DNA of 64,000 nucleotides from Marsupella aquatica (lineage: Eukaryota; Plantae; Marchantiophyta), in contig OZ316896.1 of the NCBI GenBank assembly GCA_973895155.1, positions 1-64,000 of the forward strand, in the 5' to 3' direction. Made by a program: the position numbers and the translations under genes. Below, piece after piece: positions 61,220 to 64,000 of this stretch (the first letter of the stretch is position 1; each line of letters begins with the position of its first letter). A model generated the notes under the pieces. The model made no database searches and was not told where the DNA came from. It saw only the letters and a program-made list of their open reading frames with translations.

Positions 61220-64000
61220 CATGAGGAGAGGGCAGAGGAAGACACTCGGATGGGCGGAAATCACGATATAAGGAAGGCGCTCACCTGGGATGACATTTCA
61301 CCAAACGAAACAGATGGAATTGTCGATCTCCGAAAATGTCAGAAGATTGAGATCGAACCCGGAAAATTTTTAAATATCAGTAATCATATTGAAGGAGAGT
61401 TAAGGGAAAAATATATTGATTTGCTTACTCAGTATAAGGATGTATTTGCCTGGAGCCATAAAGACTTAAAAGGGATACCACCTCACTTGGGAGAGCACAG
61501 GATTGACTTAATTGAAGGAGCAGTTCCAGTAAGGCAAAGACAATATCGTTTGAACCCCAAATATTCTATGCTTGTCAAAGAGGAACTTGATAAGTTGACC
61601 GCTGCTGGTTTTATTTACCCAGTCCTTAGCAGTGAGTGGGTTTCACCCATTGTAATTGTTCCAAAGAAACCCGGACCAGATGGGAAGCCAAAAATCCGAG
61701 TATGTCAAGATTTCAGGAAGCTGAATGCTGCTACTAGAAAAGATCACTATCCCTTACCATTCATAGACCTTGTGTTGGATATGGTTGCTCTTCATGAACT
61801 TTATAGTTTCCTAGATGGATACTCCGGCTACAACCAGGTGTCAATCCGTGAGGAGGACAGAGACAAAACCACCTTCACTACGGATTGGGGAACGTATGCT
61901 TTTCGAGTTATGCCCTTTGGCCTGTGTAATGCACCTGGAACTTTCCAAAGGATTATGATGATTATTTTTCAGGATTTTCTCAGAAAATTCCTGGAAATCT
62001 TTATAGATGATTTTTGTGTTTATGGATCAGCCACCCAACACCTGGATCACTTAAGACAAACGTTCCAACGCTGTAGGGAATCACAGTTGTGTCTACATCC
62101 TGAGAAATGTTTCATTGGTATGAAGGAAGGTATTCTGTTAGGACATGTTATCTCCCAAAGAGGAATCGAAGTGGATGCAGAGAAAGTTCGAATTATTCTG
62201 GCATTACAACCCCCTGGAAATTTGAAGGCGTTGCGAGGCTTCCTAGGCTATGTGGGGTATTATAGAAGATTTATACGGAAGTATGCTGACCTTGCCATGC
62301 CTTTAACCCAGCTCCTTAAGAAGGACGTGGCATATGTATGGACTGCAGCAAGGCAAACAGCCTTTGAAGTTTTAAAAACCAAACTAACTGTTGCGCCCAT
62401 TCTACAACCACCGGATTGGCAGAAACCTTTTCATGTGTATATTGATGCCTCAGCTTTTTGTGTGGGCGCTGCCTTAAGTCAACTGGATGATGAGAAGAAA
62501 GACCACCCTATATATTATGCCAGTAGGCAAATGAATAGTGCTGAAAAGAATTATACGGTCACAGAGAGGGAGGCCTTAGCAGTCATTTTCTCTTGTAAAA
62601 AGTTCCGGCACTATCTTCTGGGTTATAAAACTATTTTCCACACGGATCATTCTTCTTTAAAATACCTAGTGAATCAGGCAGATTTAAGTGGGCGCATTGC
62701 TAGGTGGGTACTTCTTTTACAAGAATATGATTATGAGGTACAAGTTCGAGCCGGGAAACACCATGAGAATGCAGATTTCCTATCACGATTGCCTGGAGAT
62801 CCTAGTGCCGAACCTTTGTCTGATCAATTTCCGGACGAACAGCTATGGCATTTGGAAGGAGAAGAATCAAGGTACTTTGACATTGTTCAGATGCTTACTC
62901 ACGGAATTTATCCACCAGGGTTGAATGCAGAAGAAAAAGCTGTTTTCCTCTACAAAGTAGGACCATATACTATTGTGAGGGGTGTTCTATTTAAATTATT
63001 GCCAAATCAGAGACTTCACCGTTGCTTGGAAGCTCAAGAAGTTCCAAAGGTCATTTCAGCCTTACACACTGAAGCCTCCGGTGGACACTATGCCGTAAAT
63101 ACAACTGTTAAGAAAATTAAGGACGCTGGATTTTGGTGGCCTACCATGCATAAGGACACTTATAACTACATTCAAAGCTGTGACCCTTGTCAGCGAATAG
63201 GGAAGCCTACTGCAACATCAAAATGGCCTCTAACACCCATTTTGCCTCTAGCTCCATTTGAGAAATGGGGGATAGACTTTATTGGCCCCATTTCCCCTGC
63301 TGCTAGACGAAGTAGAAGCAGATATATCATTCTTGCTACGGACTACCTCACCAAATGGGTGGAGGCTAAGCATACTAGGAAGAATGACGCTGCCACAGCC
63401 GCCAATTTCTTATTTGAAAACATTATTACCCGGTATGGCTGTCCCTTGGAATTGGTAAGTGATCGAGGCCTGCACTTCCTTAATGAGACAATTGAGCTCA
63501 TCACTGAGAAATATCTGATTAAGCATCGAAAGACCACCCCTTATAATCCCCGAGCTAACGGATTGACTGAAAGAGCTAATGGGTTAATGGGAAAAATATT
63601 GAATAAAATGGTGGAAGCACATAAAACGGATTGGGACATCAAACTCCACTCTGCTTTATGGGCTTACAGAACTGCAGAAAAGATTACTACCTTGAGAACG
63701 CCCTTCTACTTAACTTTTGGTATGCATAGTGTTACCCCCATTGAATTTGAACTACCTACTGAACGGCTTCTGATCTCTGAGAGGTTACCTGAACTTGATA
63801 GTTTCCACACTAGGTTGGAAGTTCTGGATGAATTAGAAGAACATAGACTTCTAGCGTTACAGCATACCATACAACAACAGGATAAACGGAAGATGGCCTA
63901 TGATAAGAGGTTAAAAATACCGACACTACAGCCAGGAGATTTGGCGCTTGTGTATGACTCTAGGTATATGTTCTTCCCTGGGAAGCTTCACACTCACTGG
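61220..64000 (+). CDS. pol: Pol: reverse transcriptase, RNase H, integrase (3' partial; same frame as gag-PR after a TGA)
   Basis: All in one frame: YKDVFAW, LDGYSGYNQ, MPFGLCNAP, FIDD (62000-62011), HVYIDAS (RNase H), H..GGHY...CDPC (HHCC), WGIDFIGP / VSDRG / NGLTE (DDE). Missing from the ORF track because no stop lies inside the window. Confidence 0.93.

Larger units (their letters stand above)
54119..64000 (+). mobile_element. Ty3/gypsy LTR retrotransposon, Athila-like non-chromovirus; runs off window, left boundary uncertain
   Basis: tRNA-Asp PBS. Domain order is Gag-PR-RT-RH-IN with no additional RNase H between RH and IN. The IN C-terminus FFPGKLHTHW resembles Athila LFPGKLKSRW. Confidence 0.85.

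Overview
Land-plant (most likely moss) subtelomere-like window. Bases 1-30,461 are an extremely C-rich 121-bp satellite. It is organised into higher-order units of 13-39 monomers plus a ~450-bp hairpin-rich spacer, and a short Arabidopsis-type (CCCTAAA)n tract punctuates each unit. All 12 tracts share one fixed left junction (...GGGGATGACA|CTCTAAA), while tract length and right junction vary, so the array reads as a polarised chain of telomere-capped units. It ends in a CCCTAAA/CCCTCAA mosaic that grades into a 1,260-bp stretch with no G, then a ~151-bp repeat family ending in an oppositely oriented (TTTAGGG)3 tract. The middle of the window holds a 297-bp MITE (15-bp TIRs, 8-bp TSD), a frameshifted 3'-truncated intron-containing SMC2 pseudogene, PPR and PI-PLC fragments, and several minisatellites. 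The right end is an Athila-like Ty3/gypsy element with a tRNA-Asp PBS and extra unknown ORFs. Its Gag-PR (three zinc knuckles) is separated from an otherwise open RT-RH-IN frame by a single in-frame TGA. The >200 proline-rich ORFs in the satellite are artefacts.
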